From the NCBI GenBank assembly GCA_910579585.1, contig CAJTVA010000004.1, forward strand, positions 2,330 through 66,329: a stretch of 64,000 nucleotides of DNA, given 5' to 3'. Below, in pieces: positions 18,340-29,300 of this stretch. The number at the start of each line of letters is the position of its first letter. Position 1 is the first letter of the stretch. The notes below the pieces were generated by a model. The model ran no database searches. It saw only the letters and a program-made list of their open reading frames with translations, and had not been told where the DNA came from. The DNA comes from an uncultured Christensenella sp. Lineage in GTDB: Bacteria > Bacillota > Clostridia > Christensenellales > Borkfalkiaceae. A program made the position numbers and the translations under genes.

Positions 18340-19338
18340 TTACTTTCCTAGTTTTACGCGAGGGTCTACAACTGCGTACATAATATCGGTCAGCAATATA
18401 CCGATTACGGTCAATACCGCAATGAACATATCGTATCCCATAATAAAGAATATATCGCCGTCTTTCGTCATCTTATAGGCAAGGTTACCTATACCGTCGA
18501 TTGCGAACACCTGTTCGATAATCATCGAACCGCCGAAAAGCGTCGGTAATATTCCCGAAAGCGTAGTTACAAGCGGAATAAGCGTGTTTCTGAAAACGTG
18601 CTTATAAACGACTTTGCCTTCCGAAAGCCCCTTTGCCCTTGCCGTGCGGATATAGTCGGCGTTCAGAACTTCCAAAGTGTTCGTTCGCGTATACCTCATC
18701 ATAGAGCCGATTGAAAGTATAGTCAGAACGAAAATCGGAAGAATAAGGTGCCAGACGTTATCCATAAACGCCATAAAGCCCGTATAGTTTGCGGTAGGCG
18801 TATTCAAACCGCCGTTAGGGAACCAGCCTAAATCTACCGAGAATATCTTTATAACTATACTTGCAAAGAAGAACGACGGAAACGATATGCCTATCATTGT
18901 AAGGACTGTTACCGTATAGTCCAGCTTTCCGTATTGGTTGCAGGCGCACTTGATGCCGAGGGGAATTGCAATTACTAGCTCTAAAACAAGCGCAATCAAA
19001 GAAATCGCGAACGATACGCCCATATTGTTGAAGATTTCTTCCCCGACCGGCTTACCGTCAAAGCTGGTGCCTAAATCTCCGGAAAAGAATGCGGTTATCC
19101 ACTTCCACCATCCGCCGACGATACCGCCGAACGAATTGTCGAGAAGATTATACCTTGCAAGAATCATATCGATCGTAGCCTGCGCCTGTTCTTCAGTAAC
19201 ACCGCTGTTCACCAAAGACTCAAACTTTCTGTTGATATAATCGGGGGGCATAACCCTGACGAGCGCGTAAAGAATTATCGATACGCCCAAAAGTATGAAC
19301 ACCGCCATCAGCAGCCTTTTTATTACGTATTTAACCAT
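18340..19338 (-). CDS. oppB: Oligopeptide ABC transporter permease OppB-type
   Basis: 332 aa. MVKYVIKRLLMAVFILLGVSIILYAL and YIRTARAKGLSEGKVVYKHVFRN are typical OppB/DppB motifs. Confidence 0.9.
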   Translation of the reverse strand: MVKYVIKRLLMAVFILLGVSIILYALVRVMPPDYINRKFESLVNSGVTEEQAQATIDMILARYNLLDNSFGGIVGGWWKWITAFFSGDLGTSFDGKPVGEEIFNNMGVSFAISLIALVLELVIAIPLGIKCACNQYGKLDYTVTVLTMIGISFPSFFFASIVIKIFSVDLGWFPNGGLNTPTANYTGFMAFMDNVWHLILPIFVLTILSIGSMMRYTRTNTLEVLNADYIRTARAKGLSEGKVVYKHVFRNTLIPLVTTLSGILPTLFGGSMIIEQVFAIDGIGNLAYKMTKDGDIFFIMGYDMFIAVLTVIGILLTDIMYAVVDPRVKLGK

Positions 19339-19365
19339 TTTGTATAAACTGCTCCGAATGTTCGA

Positions 19366-21963
19366 TTAATTATAATCAAGTTCCCAAATTTTGAAGAGAA
19401 GTCCTGCGTTAGCGCTGGGATTTTGATTGATTGAGTCAATTTTGATTACTTTGTTGTTGTAAACAGCCAAATCGTGTCTTTGATAGGTAGGAAGTTCAAC
19501 TGCAAGCTCCATTATCGCATTTAGCGCGTTAACGTAGTGTACGGTTCTGAACTCTTCGTTCACGTTCGACCTTGCAAGGTCAATCTCGGCGCTGAGGTAG
19601 GTCAAAAGCGCATTCTCTTCCGCATACTCCGACTGGTTGTTCATAATAGTTTCATAGCCCCAGTTCTTTGTGCTGGTCGCCTTACTGTCTTTATGATATA
19701 TCTGATACAAGTCGGGGTCGATACCCGTTGTCCAAGCTGCCGCCCAAACTTCGAGTTTGCCTGTAGCAAGCTTGATTAATGCGTTTCTGTCGTTCTTAAC
19801 GGTTATATCAAAACCTATCTTATTGAGGTCGTCCGCAGCGTCGACAAACATACCGTAAGCGGGGTGGTCAGCCGTTTCGCCCGCAATGGTAAACGTCAGT
19901 GTAAGCATTTTGCCGTTCTTGTAATACTTGCCGTCGGTCTTGGTATAGCCTGCACTCTCAACAAGACTTTCTATCACGCTGGTATCGGTTTGGTATCCAT
20001 ACCTAATTCCCGACGTCTTACTGTTCGGCATAAGTTCCTTAAATCCGGAAACGTAAGGGGTTCTCAAAGCACCGGTTTTGTCGTTAGTATTAAGGAAGTT
20101 GGTCTTGGAAGTAGGCCTGTAAATCTCTGAAGAATACTGTTCGGTATAATAGTTTTTGATTATTGCAACGCTGGGGTTCATTGCAAGCATAATCGCAAGT
20201 CTTACTTCCCTGTCTGGAACGAACGTGGGGTTGATACCGACGTAACCGAAGCCGTTTGCGTCGTAGTTTTTATTGTTGAGGTGTGAAATATCAGTAATTG
20301 CTTCGATATTCTTGGGCGTACAGTTGGGGGTACCGTAGTCGACGACTTCGTTTATAAGAGAGTTGATAATCTGGTCGTCCGTCGTGTAAACGTATCTTAA
20401 ATACTTTATCTTAGCGTTATCGATACCGTCGCCGAGCGTAGTGAAATTAGTATTGCGCTCATACTCAACTATACTGTTATTGAAGAATACCGCACCCTCC
20501 CTCATCTTGTACGCGCCTGCTCCGACGGGCGCTTCGGTTTTTGACGCCGCGCCTATAACGTTCTGCATAAACGCGTCGTTACTGAAACGGACGCCGAACC
20601 TGTTGTCATAGGTAGAATCGTTCCAATGCTCGTTGCAGCGTGCAACGTAGTCGATACCGTCGTCGCCGACGCCCGAATAATAGTGCATAGGCGCTACGGT
20701 AAACGCAAAGTTATAAATAGCCGCAGGGTCTACGCCGTTAATCGTAATAGAAAGAACGTCGTGTTCGGAACCAAGGTTTTTACCGTTGAAGGTCGTAGCC
20801 TTTTCGGTCTTGATGCCGGAGACGGAGTTTACTACAAGCGACGAGGAGCCGCCGTTTTCGTTTGACATAGCTTCCCTTATGAACTGCTGCATAAGTTCGT
20901 TGCCGTAGGAGCTTGCTAAAAGTTCACTAAGGGCCCCTGTAACGTTGCCGTCGTATAGCCCTTTATTTTCCCCGCTTGTTATTTCATATAAATACTTGGA
21001 AAAGACAATATCCATAGCGGCGTCCTTTTCCGAAGTACCGTTTGACGTCGCGTCGTTCATAGCATTAACGATATCTGCGTCAAACGGGCGGGCGTCAGGG
21101 TGCGCGGGGTCAAGCACGGTTAAATACTTACCGTCAACCTTTATTCTTTCAAGGTTGTTGTTTGCATTGTATTTGTACTGATATCCGACAAGCCCCTCAT
21201 TGAAAAGGAAAACTTCCCAGTCTTTCGTGAAGTTGTACTCTTCGTAAGAATTAATGGTACCGACAACGCTGTTCCAGTCGGATTCAAGTCCTTCCTTAAA
21301 AATCTTTGCAAGGGCTTGAATATCGTTTTTGACAGTGTCAAAGCTCGTACCGTTGCCCTGCGAACCTTTGTCGTAGTCGCGGATAGATTCTATCCTATCA
21401 AGCGCTTCGCCCCTGTACTCTTCTTCTATATCAAGGTCGGAATCGTCAGGTAAATTTTGCTGAGCCCTGTAACTTTTAAGCCCTCTTATATCCGTCGAGT
21501 AAATCGTAGTGGAACCGGTATATACGGGGTCAAGATAGACGTAAAGGTTGAAAAGCACGTCCCTAATGTCCATATCGTAACCCATACTGTCCTTAACGCC
21601 TTTCTTTATGACAAATTTGTAAGTAGTATGGTTGACCGTGCCCGACGTCCATTCCTGGCTGTCATCCTGGCTGGCGTACTGCGTTATCGAGTAATCGAGA
21701 GCCATAGTTTCCTGGTCGTTGCCGCACACGATGTTGCCGTTAGCGTCGGCGGTAAGCATAGAAATCTGAGTCTTTCCTATTACTTCGCCGTCGTTGCCAG
21801 AGGTATAGAAGAACGGGTTAAAGTTCTTATCCAAAGCGCCGATTGCAAGTGCAACGGGACGGGTTTCCGTATCATAAACGCTTGTATTCTGACAACCCGT
21901 AACCGCTAAAAGCATAGTTGCACAGGTTGCGCCAATCACTAAATTCCTTATGGCTTTTTTCAT
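19366..21963 (-). CDS. oppA: Peptide-binding lipoprotein, SBP family 5 (OppA-like), oversized at 865 aa
   Basis: The lipobox is MLLAVTGCQ. Family-5 core segments are recognisable (GFGYVGINPTFVPDREVRLAIMLAMNPSVAI, and the C-terminal LPTYQRHDLAVYNNKV). That is about 300 aa more than typical OppA/DppA proteins. Confidence 0.8.
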   Translation of the reverse strand: MKKAIRNLVIGATCATMLLAVTGCQNTSVYDTETRPVALAIGALDKNFNPFFYTSGNDGEVIGKTQISMLTADANGNIVCGNDQETMALDYSITQYASQDDSQEWTSGTVNHTTYKFVIKKGVKDSMGYDMDIRDVLFNLYVYLDPVYTGSTTIYSTDIRGLKSYRAQQNLPDDSDLDIEEEYRGEALDRIESIRDYDKGSQGNGTSFDTVKNDIQALAKIFKEGLESDWNSVVGTINSYEEYNFTKDWEVFLFNEGLVGYQYKYNANNNLERIKVDGKYLTVLDPAHPDARPFDADIVNAMNDATSNGTSEKDAAMDIVFSKYLYEITSGENKGLYDGNVTGALSELLASSYGNELMQQFIREAMSNENGGSSSLVVNSVSGIKTEKATTFNGKNLGSEHDVLSITINGVDPAAIYNFAFTVAPMHYYSGVGDDGIDYVARCNEHWNDSTYDNRFGVRFSNDAFMQNVIGAASKTEAPVGAGAYKMREGAVFFNNSIVEYERNTNFTTLGDGIDNAKIKYLRYVYTTDDQIINSLINEVVDYGTPNCTPKNIEAITDISHLNNKNYDANGFGYVGINPTFVPDREVRLAIMLAMNPSVAIIKNYYTEQYSSEIYRPTSKTNFLNTNDKTGALRTPYVSGFKELMPNSKTSGIRYGYQTDTSVIESLVESAGYTKTDGKYYKNGKMLTLTFTIAGETADHPAYGMFVDAADDLNKIGFDITVKNDRNALIKLATGKLEVWAAAWTTGIDPDLYQIYHKDSKATSTKNWGYETIMNNQSEYAEENALLTYLSAEIDLARSNVNEEFRTVHYVNALNAIMELAVELPTYQRHDLAVYNNKVIKIDSINQNPSANAGLLFKIWELDYN

Positions 21964-23378
21964 TATAATTCCTCCGTTAAATTGTTATTTACCGTAAATG
22001 TTTCCGTTGCTCCGCTAGGCTTTTTAATCGTGCAAGTCGCGTGCGGAACGTTTATTTCTTTATACGTTGCGTCGTCCTTATCGCCGAATAACCAGCTGTT
22101 TTCCGTAGTATTGGTTACAAGGCTGTTTGTTTCGTGCGATAACGTAATTTCAAGACTGCCACTTATGCTTACGTTTTCGAAAGTTGCTCCGTCCCGTATT
22201 GAATAGGCAATGAAATTTACTGACGCGTCAACCGTGGTAACGCCACCGCCGCCGACGGTAAATCTCACAACCATATCTTCAAAAGAAACGTTTTTGAATT
22301 TTGCGCCGCTTCTTATTTCACCGAACATTGCAACCCTGCCGCCGTTGCCGAGTGAACTTGAATTGGTAACGACGAAGTTACTAATCGTGCGCCCGTCTTT
22401 TCCGCCGTAAATCTCGCCCGAGAACGCCGCAAGATTACTTATCTGCAAGCCGTCGCCGTCAATGTCGTTCATAAGATAATAACTGTTACCGGTGTTTCGC
22501 GTGAACAACATATGCACGTCTTGGGGCGAGCGAAGCAACGTATAGTTACCTTTAAGCACCTTAACATATAAAATTATGTCATGATATTTTCCGTCTTCGT
22601 CAGGTTCGGGATAGCGGATAGGCCAACCCGTGAAAGGCGTAAACGCCATATCATTGAAATCTTTTTCCTCGTCGTCGCTTGCAAACAGTCCGGTGACGGT
22701 GCAGTTTTCAATCGAAATAATGTTCGTAATATCGCTGAGCCCCGTATCCCTTTTGGGGATATTGTAACTTAGCCCGTCGATAAATTCGCCCTCTTCGATA
22801 GTTTTCTCGACTTCGTTGCCGCCGTCGTCTTTGACTTTAACTATGAGGTCGAAAGGTTCGTCCTCGTACAAAAGCTTTAACTTTAATTTTACGTCCTCGT
22901 AGAACCCGCCGCAGATATAAACGTGCTCGTCCTTTTCGAGGGGTTTGGAAAAGTCGAATAAGGTATCGCTCTGCTTCATTCCTTTGGAGGCGTCGTAGCC
23001 GTCCTCCTCGGAATAAACCGTCCCGTCCGCATACATAGGCTTTCCGTCCTGAAGCTCGACGAGGTGCCAACCCGAGAAGTTGTATCCCGCGTTCAAATTC
23101 AGCGCCGAACTTCCGCTTGTCGTCGGGGTCTCTCCGTCAAGGTTAAGGGGAATTTCCCCCTCCTGATAATAAATATTCTTAACGTAAAGACCGTCGTTAA
23201 AAGCTCCGCCGTCGCCGCCGTCAAGGTTCAGAAAGTAAGTCACCCGCGCCGTAAGATTATATTTATCTTTGATTTGGTCGACCGTCATACCGAAATTGCA
23301 ACCCGCCGCAAGCGAAGCGCAAATTACGGCTATCAGTCCGAGAACGGTTATTAGCAGTATTTTTAGCTTTTTTGTCAT
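21963..23378 (-). CDS. Surface lipoprotein (471 aa) with a Listeria-Bacteroides-type repeat and a GLUG-like beta-helical module. It is a paralogue of the 1308-aa lipoprotein.
   Basis: The lipobox is SLAAGCNFG. GYNFSGW is the B-repeat hallmark. The segment YYLMNDIDGDG...FSGEIYGGKDGRTISNFVVT...VAMFGEI parallels YKLTRDIDCGG...FAGNFNGDNHTISNYTIT...VGLFGCV in ORF 30847-34773. An ATGA overlap links it to the protease stop, and a TAATG overlap links it to the oppA start. Confidence 0.7.
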   Translation of the reverse strand: MTKKLKILLITVLGLIAVICASLAAGCNFGMTVDQIKDKYNLTARVTYFLNLDGGDGGAFNDGLYVKNIYYQEGEIPLNLDGETPTTSGSSALNLNAGYNFSGWHLVELQDGKPMYADGTVYSEEDGYDASKGMKQSDTLFDFSKPLEKDEHVYICGGFYEDVKLKLKLLYEDEPFDLIVKVKDDGGNEVEKTIEEGEFIDGLSYNIPKRDTGLSDITNIISIENCTVTGLFASDDEEKDFNDMAFTPFTGWPIRYPEPDEDGKYHDIILYVKVLKGNYTLLRSPQDVHMLFTRNTGNSYYLMNDIDGDGLQISNLAAFSGEIYGGKDGRTISNFVVTNSSSLGNGGRVAMFGEIRSGAKFKNVSFEDMVVRFTVGGGGVTTVDASVNFIAYSIRDGATFENVSISGSLEITLSHETNSLVTNTTENSWLFGDKDDATYKEINVPHATCTIKKPSGATETFTVNNNLTEEL

Positions 23379-26300
23379 CTGATGCCTCTGTTTTTCCTAC
23401 GAATTACGGTAGACAACGCAAACATTGCGCCAAGCGCCGTAAATGTGAGCAATACGGTACCCGTTATCGAGGTAGTACTTCCGCAACCGCCGCCGCAGCC
23501 GCCCTGTTCGCCGGGGTTCTCGCCCTCTTCGGACACGGTAATGCCGACGCGCACGGTTCTGCCCTCGTAAGTGAGGGTTATAACGTTGTCAAGTCTTGTT
23601 AAAGGTTCGTGCAAATCATAGGTAACTTTACTCATATCGGCGTATTCGGTCGAATAATCGTCGTAAATCACTATGACCTGCAAGCCCGTAATATCGAAAT
23701 ATTCACCGACCCTGTAAACCGACTTAAAGTCGCCTGTATAGGAAAGTCTGGAAACGGAAACCGAAATTCCGTAAGCCTCTTTAATGGGGCGAAGCGCCGT
23801 CTCTATAGCGTTGAACTTTTCGATAAGCGAGTTATCTACGAAAGCAAGCTGGGTAGAATCGGAAGCGAATACATTGTAATATTCGTGAGCCCTCTTCACG
23901 CTTTCCGAGAACGCTTCGACGTGCTCTTTGCTCACCTCGGGCAATTTCCAGCCCGAAATTTCCTGAGCGGTGCTGAACTCTGTTACAAGCGATATAAACG
24001 AATTTGTCGCTTCGCTCATAGCAATACCGGTCGTTACGCAGTTGCCGAAGAAATTCGAGAAAACATAATTGTCGTAACCCGTGCCGTTTTCGGGGCGGTA
24101 AATCGTCAGTGTCGTAGGAGTCAACGCTGTTGAATGCCCCGCGTAGAAAATGAAATCGCCTTCGAAGTTCGAGTAGTAATAACCTCTGTACGATGTGTCG
24201 CCGTCCATAATTTCGTCAATCAGTTCGGAATGCTCGGTTTCGAGTGCGGGCGCCGTTACGCCCTTGAACTCATACACGGTAATGCCGCTCTGATAGAAAG
24301 CCGCTGCGCCGATAGTCTTTAATCCGTAGGGAAGAACTACTTTATTAACCCTGCCCGTTAGTCCTTGGAACGCAGCACCGCCGATTTTGACGGTATCTTC
24401 GAGGACATTATATACCCTTTCTCCGTCAGTTGCAACAACCGACTTAGCCGAGGGGAACGCAACGAGAACGACTTTGTTATCAGTGCCGTTTATAACGTCG
24501 CTGACATTTTTATAAAGAACGCCGTCGTCTACGAAAAAGACCTTGTTACCGCTTGCTACGGTAAAGCCCGTAAGCCTTGACGAAGAAGCAAACGCGCCCT
24601 CGCCAATCGATATAAGCGTTGCGGGAATTTCAACGGAAGTTTCCCTGCCGCCAGCAAACGCAAACGCGCCTACAGTTTCCGCAACGGGCATATTTATGGA
24701 AGAATAAGCCTTCTTGCCGCTGTTGATAATGAACGCGCCCTCGCCGATATTCTTTGCCGCCGTAAGTTCGAGTGCGGCAAGCGATACGCAGTCCGCAAAC
24801 GAATAATCGCCGATAACGACAAGCTTGTTAAGTCCGGTAACGGTTGCAAGCGCACCGCAACCTGCGAATGAAGCATTGCCCGTTTCGGTTGCGTTCTTAA
24901 GGTCGAACGAAGTCAACGCCGCGCAGTTATAGAACGCGTAATCACCGATTTTTTCAACCGCGCCACCTATCGAAACAGACTTTAAGTTCGCCCTGTCGGC
25001 TGCCCTGTTGGCCGCGAACGTGTAGTTACCCGTCGTGTTGGAATCAGCGCCGAACGTAACGGTTTCAAGTTTGGGCGTATTCCAGAACGTGTATTCGCCG
25101 AGTGCGGTAAAGCCGTCCGAATTGACAAGCGAAGGAAGCGTTACCGTCTGCAACGAGGTGCAACCTTCGAACGTTCTGTCGCCGAGCTTTACGATATTTG
25201 CCGCAAGCGCGATTTCGTTAAGCGCCGTACAACCGCTGAATACGCGGTCGCCGAATTCCGCTTTGTTTGTAGGGTTAAAGTTGAACGTTTCCAATGCCGT
25301 ATTTCCCGCAAAGGCGTAATCGCCCACGGATGTTACGGAATTAGGCAGGCTCAACGAAGTGAGTTTTGTATTGTAGAATGCGTAAGCGGGAATAGAAGTT
25401 ACATTCGCGCTTATAGTTACCGAGCCGAGCGAGCTGTTCGCAAACGCGCCCTCCCCTATATCCTTGACGGACGAGGGAATCGTTACGCTTGTAACTCCGC
25501 TTGACGCAAATGCGTACGGCGCTATTTTTACTACCGTTGAGGGAACGGTATAACTACCCGTACCCGTAAACAGCAACAGCGTTTTGTTATCCGAGCTCAA
25601 AATAGCGTTACTTGATACATTATAACCGTTAGTGCCGCTAAATGTCAAGCTCGTGCCGGAGAATGCGCCCGCGCCAATCGTTTCAAGCCCCTTAGGAACG
25701 GTAAAACTTGAAATCTTCGTGTTAGCAAACGCTCTTTCGCCGATACTTTTTACCGTGCAGGTTCCGAAATTAACCGAAGTCAGGTTCGAACACCCCGCGA
25801 AAGCGCTTGCACCGATTGTAAATACAAGGTTGCCCGCCGTGGTCGGGTCGATAAACTTAATGCTTTGTAAACCGGTACAGTTTTCAAACGCGCCTGCGCC
25901 GACACTCGGTGTTTTGATTTCAATGCTCGTAAGTTTGTTGCAAGCTGAGTATTCCGTCTTGTGCGTAACCCACGCATTAGTGGTAGAATCGTAAACCTCG
26001 TAATTATATACAAGGTCGGAGAACATTCCTGCGCCTATTACCGAATATCTGCCGGTTGTAATACTGCTTAGCTGTTCGCATCCGCTGAACACGTTTGAGC
26101 CTGCAGAATGCAACTCCGAGACGTCGATTGAAGTCAGCGATTTGCAGCCGATAAACGCTCTGTCGTGCATAGTGCCTATCGCCGTGGACTTTACAATATT
26201 TTTAAGGCTTTCGCAGTCCTTGAACGCTTCCCTTGCAACCGTAATTACTTTAATATTGCTTAAGTCGAGAATTTCAAGCGAGGTACAGCCCTCAAACGCA

Positions 26301-29300
26301 CCCCTATCGATAAGCGTCATTTCGGAAGTCGGAACGAAGTCGGATGCAGTAAAATCAACCTCTTTGTCGTCAACGAAGTATACGCCTTTCAGGTTAGTAC
26401 AGCCGTAGAACGCCCTTTTGTCGATTGAAGTTACGGTTTTGGGAATTATAACTTTCGTTATCTTCTTGTTATTTTTGAACGCTTCTTCCCCGATTGACAT
26501 AATATTTTTGCCCTCGGGAATTACCACGACGCCCTCTTCTCCGTCAATAGTTTCACCGTCACCGTGATAATGCGTCAACGACATATTGCTGATTGTGAAC
26601 GGGTCGGCAACCGTAAAGATAAAGTTCTTCGTATACCTTATTCCGCCTGCAAGTATCGTTGCGGAAACGGTCGAAACACCCTTGTTTACCGTATGAACCA
26701 AGCCCTTGTCTGACACTGTAACGGCAGAGCCCGTCACCGACCAGGTAATCTGCACGTCGTCCATAGGATAATACCACGGGTCGGGCACGATATTAAGCTG
26801 AATGTCTTCGCCTGCATTCACTGTAGCCGAACCCGATTTTGTAAGCGAGTCGTTGCTGGTTTTAATTACCCCGAAATCGAACGAAGGGTTGTTTAAAGGC
26901 AATACATTATCCGTAACGGTAACGTAGACGGTTTCGAAGAAGCCTTTACCGTTGCTTATGGTCACGTACCTCTCTCTTCCGTTCGTTGATTTTAGACCTA
27001 CAACTTCTCCGTTCTTTACCGCTATAAATTCATTCTGGGTAGCCGTTCCGCCGACAGTCATAATGAAGTTGGAAATGTCTGCGCTTCCCTCGTATTCCAG
27101 GGTGTATTTATGCGCTTCGTTAATATCTATGGTAATGTGTCTTTCGCTGTCGGGAACCGTGAATTCATCGGGCAATACGCTTCTGTTAAGAGCGGTCGTA
27201 ACATCGCTTACCGTGCCGTTAACAGCGCCGAGATAATAACTGGAATGGTTCATCGCATAGTCGTCAATCTGAACATAGAGATTGTTCTTATATTCGTCCC
27301 AAATGTCCGTGACCTCGATAGAAACCGTCGTTACGCCGTTTCTGTTCGCATTCCTTATAGGCGTAACATACTCGGTAGCAAGGTTAAGGTTTACTTCGCC
27401 GTCCTTGTCGTCGCGGTAGCACAAAAGCACCGCCTGCGCGTAGTGATTATCGTAGACGTCAAGGTCGAGGTAAATTCTCTGTTTTTCCTTATTGCCGTCT
27501 TTATAGTTATAATATCTGAGCCTTGCGTCCTGCAATACGGGCGCTTCGTAGTCCACGTAGAAGTCGAACGAGAAAGTATTTTCGGGCTTGACTTCGGAAT
27601 CGTTGTTAAATAAGAACTCGAAATCGAACCTGTATTTTCCGTTTGCGATAAGCCCGAGCTCATCGGCGGAAAGCCTAAGTTCAACATATGCGGGACGCGC
27701 CGATCCGCCGTTTGCGTACGCTTTACTGATTCTGGTGACGTTGCCCTCTTTTACAAGTTCACCCGTAACCTCGTCGTAAAGCTTGTAATTTACGCGCCGC
27801 GCGTTTCTCAAAAGTCCCGCGTACACGCATCTGAATTCGTAGGTCGTAAGATAATTGCCTATTCCTTCCTCGTTGTAGTACTCGTTAAACCTTGAAATCG
27901 AGTTGTGCTCCATCGTGGGGTAAATCTGCACATTCGAGGGGTCGGGGTCCTGCGTATACAGGTAAGAACCGATAGGAATAACGAAATCGTCGTTCCAGTA
28001 CGACGCGTAAGGCTGCGTAGCCCAAACGGTTTCGGAAATCTTGTCTTCTTCGTCAATAGAAGTGTCCTGCTGAATTTGTGCAAGCTCGTAAGCGTCCAAA
28101 TCAAGCATAGGCGCCTGCTCCCAATCGCCGAAGAAGCCGATAAACGGAAGCGTCAGGTCGCACTGCAACTCGCCGTTCAGGTCTGCGTCCGAAACAAGCT
28201 TTACGAAGCCCTCAACGTACATACCGTTCTTGAAGTTGTCGTTTAAATATTGCTTTTCCTCAGCCGTAAGCCTTAAAGTAACCGTTAAGTTAACCGAGCC
28301 GCCTGCCGGAACCGTAACCTTAGAAACGGTATTACCGTCGATTGAGAACGTACCCTTATCGCTGAACATATGCGCCTGCTCTGCAACCGCTATACCGTCG
28401 CTTGCTATAGTTTCGGTCATAAACAGCGCTTCGGGCGTAAACGTCAAAGATTTGTTATCAAAGTTGTTTACGTGGAAGTTGAACGTGTAGACGCCGCTTT
28501 TTTCTTTGTCGTCGCCTAGTTCGATTTTAGGTCTGCCGTCCTTTTCCGTGTAATAATAGCTGTCGCCCTGTTGTGTGGAAATATATGCGCGCGTATCTAT
28601 TATATTGTCAAGGTTAGCAAGCCCCGCGCCCTGCTTACGCGGCGAATATGCAAGCGCTTGCTCGTCGAAAGCCGTGGTTGCGGTGCTCATTATAAGCTGG
28701 TTAGTAAGCTGAATTATTTCGCTGGGTTTATAGTTCTGCGCGATAGAAAGATTTTTTACGTAATTTCTTACAAGCGCCGTAAGACCCGCCATATTGGGGC
28801 AAGCCATCGAAGTACCGCTCTGAACTGCGTAGCCGCCGGGTACGGTGGAGTTAATTTCGCCGCCGTGCGCCGTAATTTCGGGCTTAAGCTTCAAATCGGG
28901 CGTAGGCCCCCAAGACGAGAACGAGCTCATAAAGGGACCGGCTTTAAGATTTCTGTTGATAGTTATAGTTCCAACATAGCCGGTTGCAAGCTCGACGAGT
29001 TTGTCGCCCGCGTCTTTTGTTATCGAAACGGCAGGGATAAAGTCGGATTCAGCCAAATCGCCGAGGGTCATTCTGATAGTGCCGGGAACGTTGTTATAAA
29101 CGATTACCGCAATCGCGCCGTTCCTCTTTGCAAGCTCGACTTTCTGCTGGAAAGTATTGCCGCCACGCTGAATAAGCGCAATTCTGCCCCTGACAAGATT
29201 TCTTATATTTCCGTAATAATTGGTCGATTGACCCGTACCGACAACAACGTACTCGAAAGATTTTACGTCGTCGCTTTCGTCTTCAGGGTCGTCCTCACCG

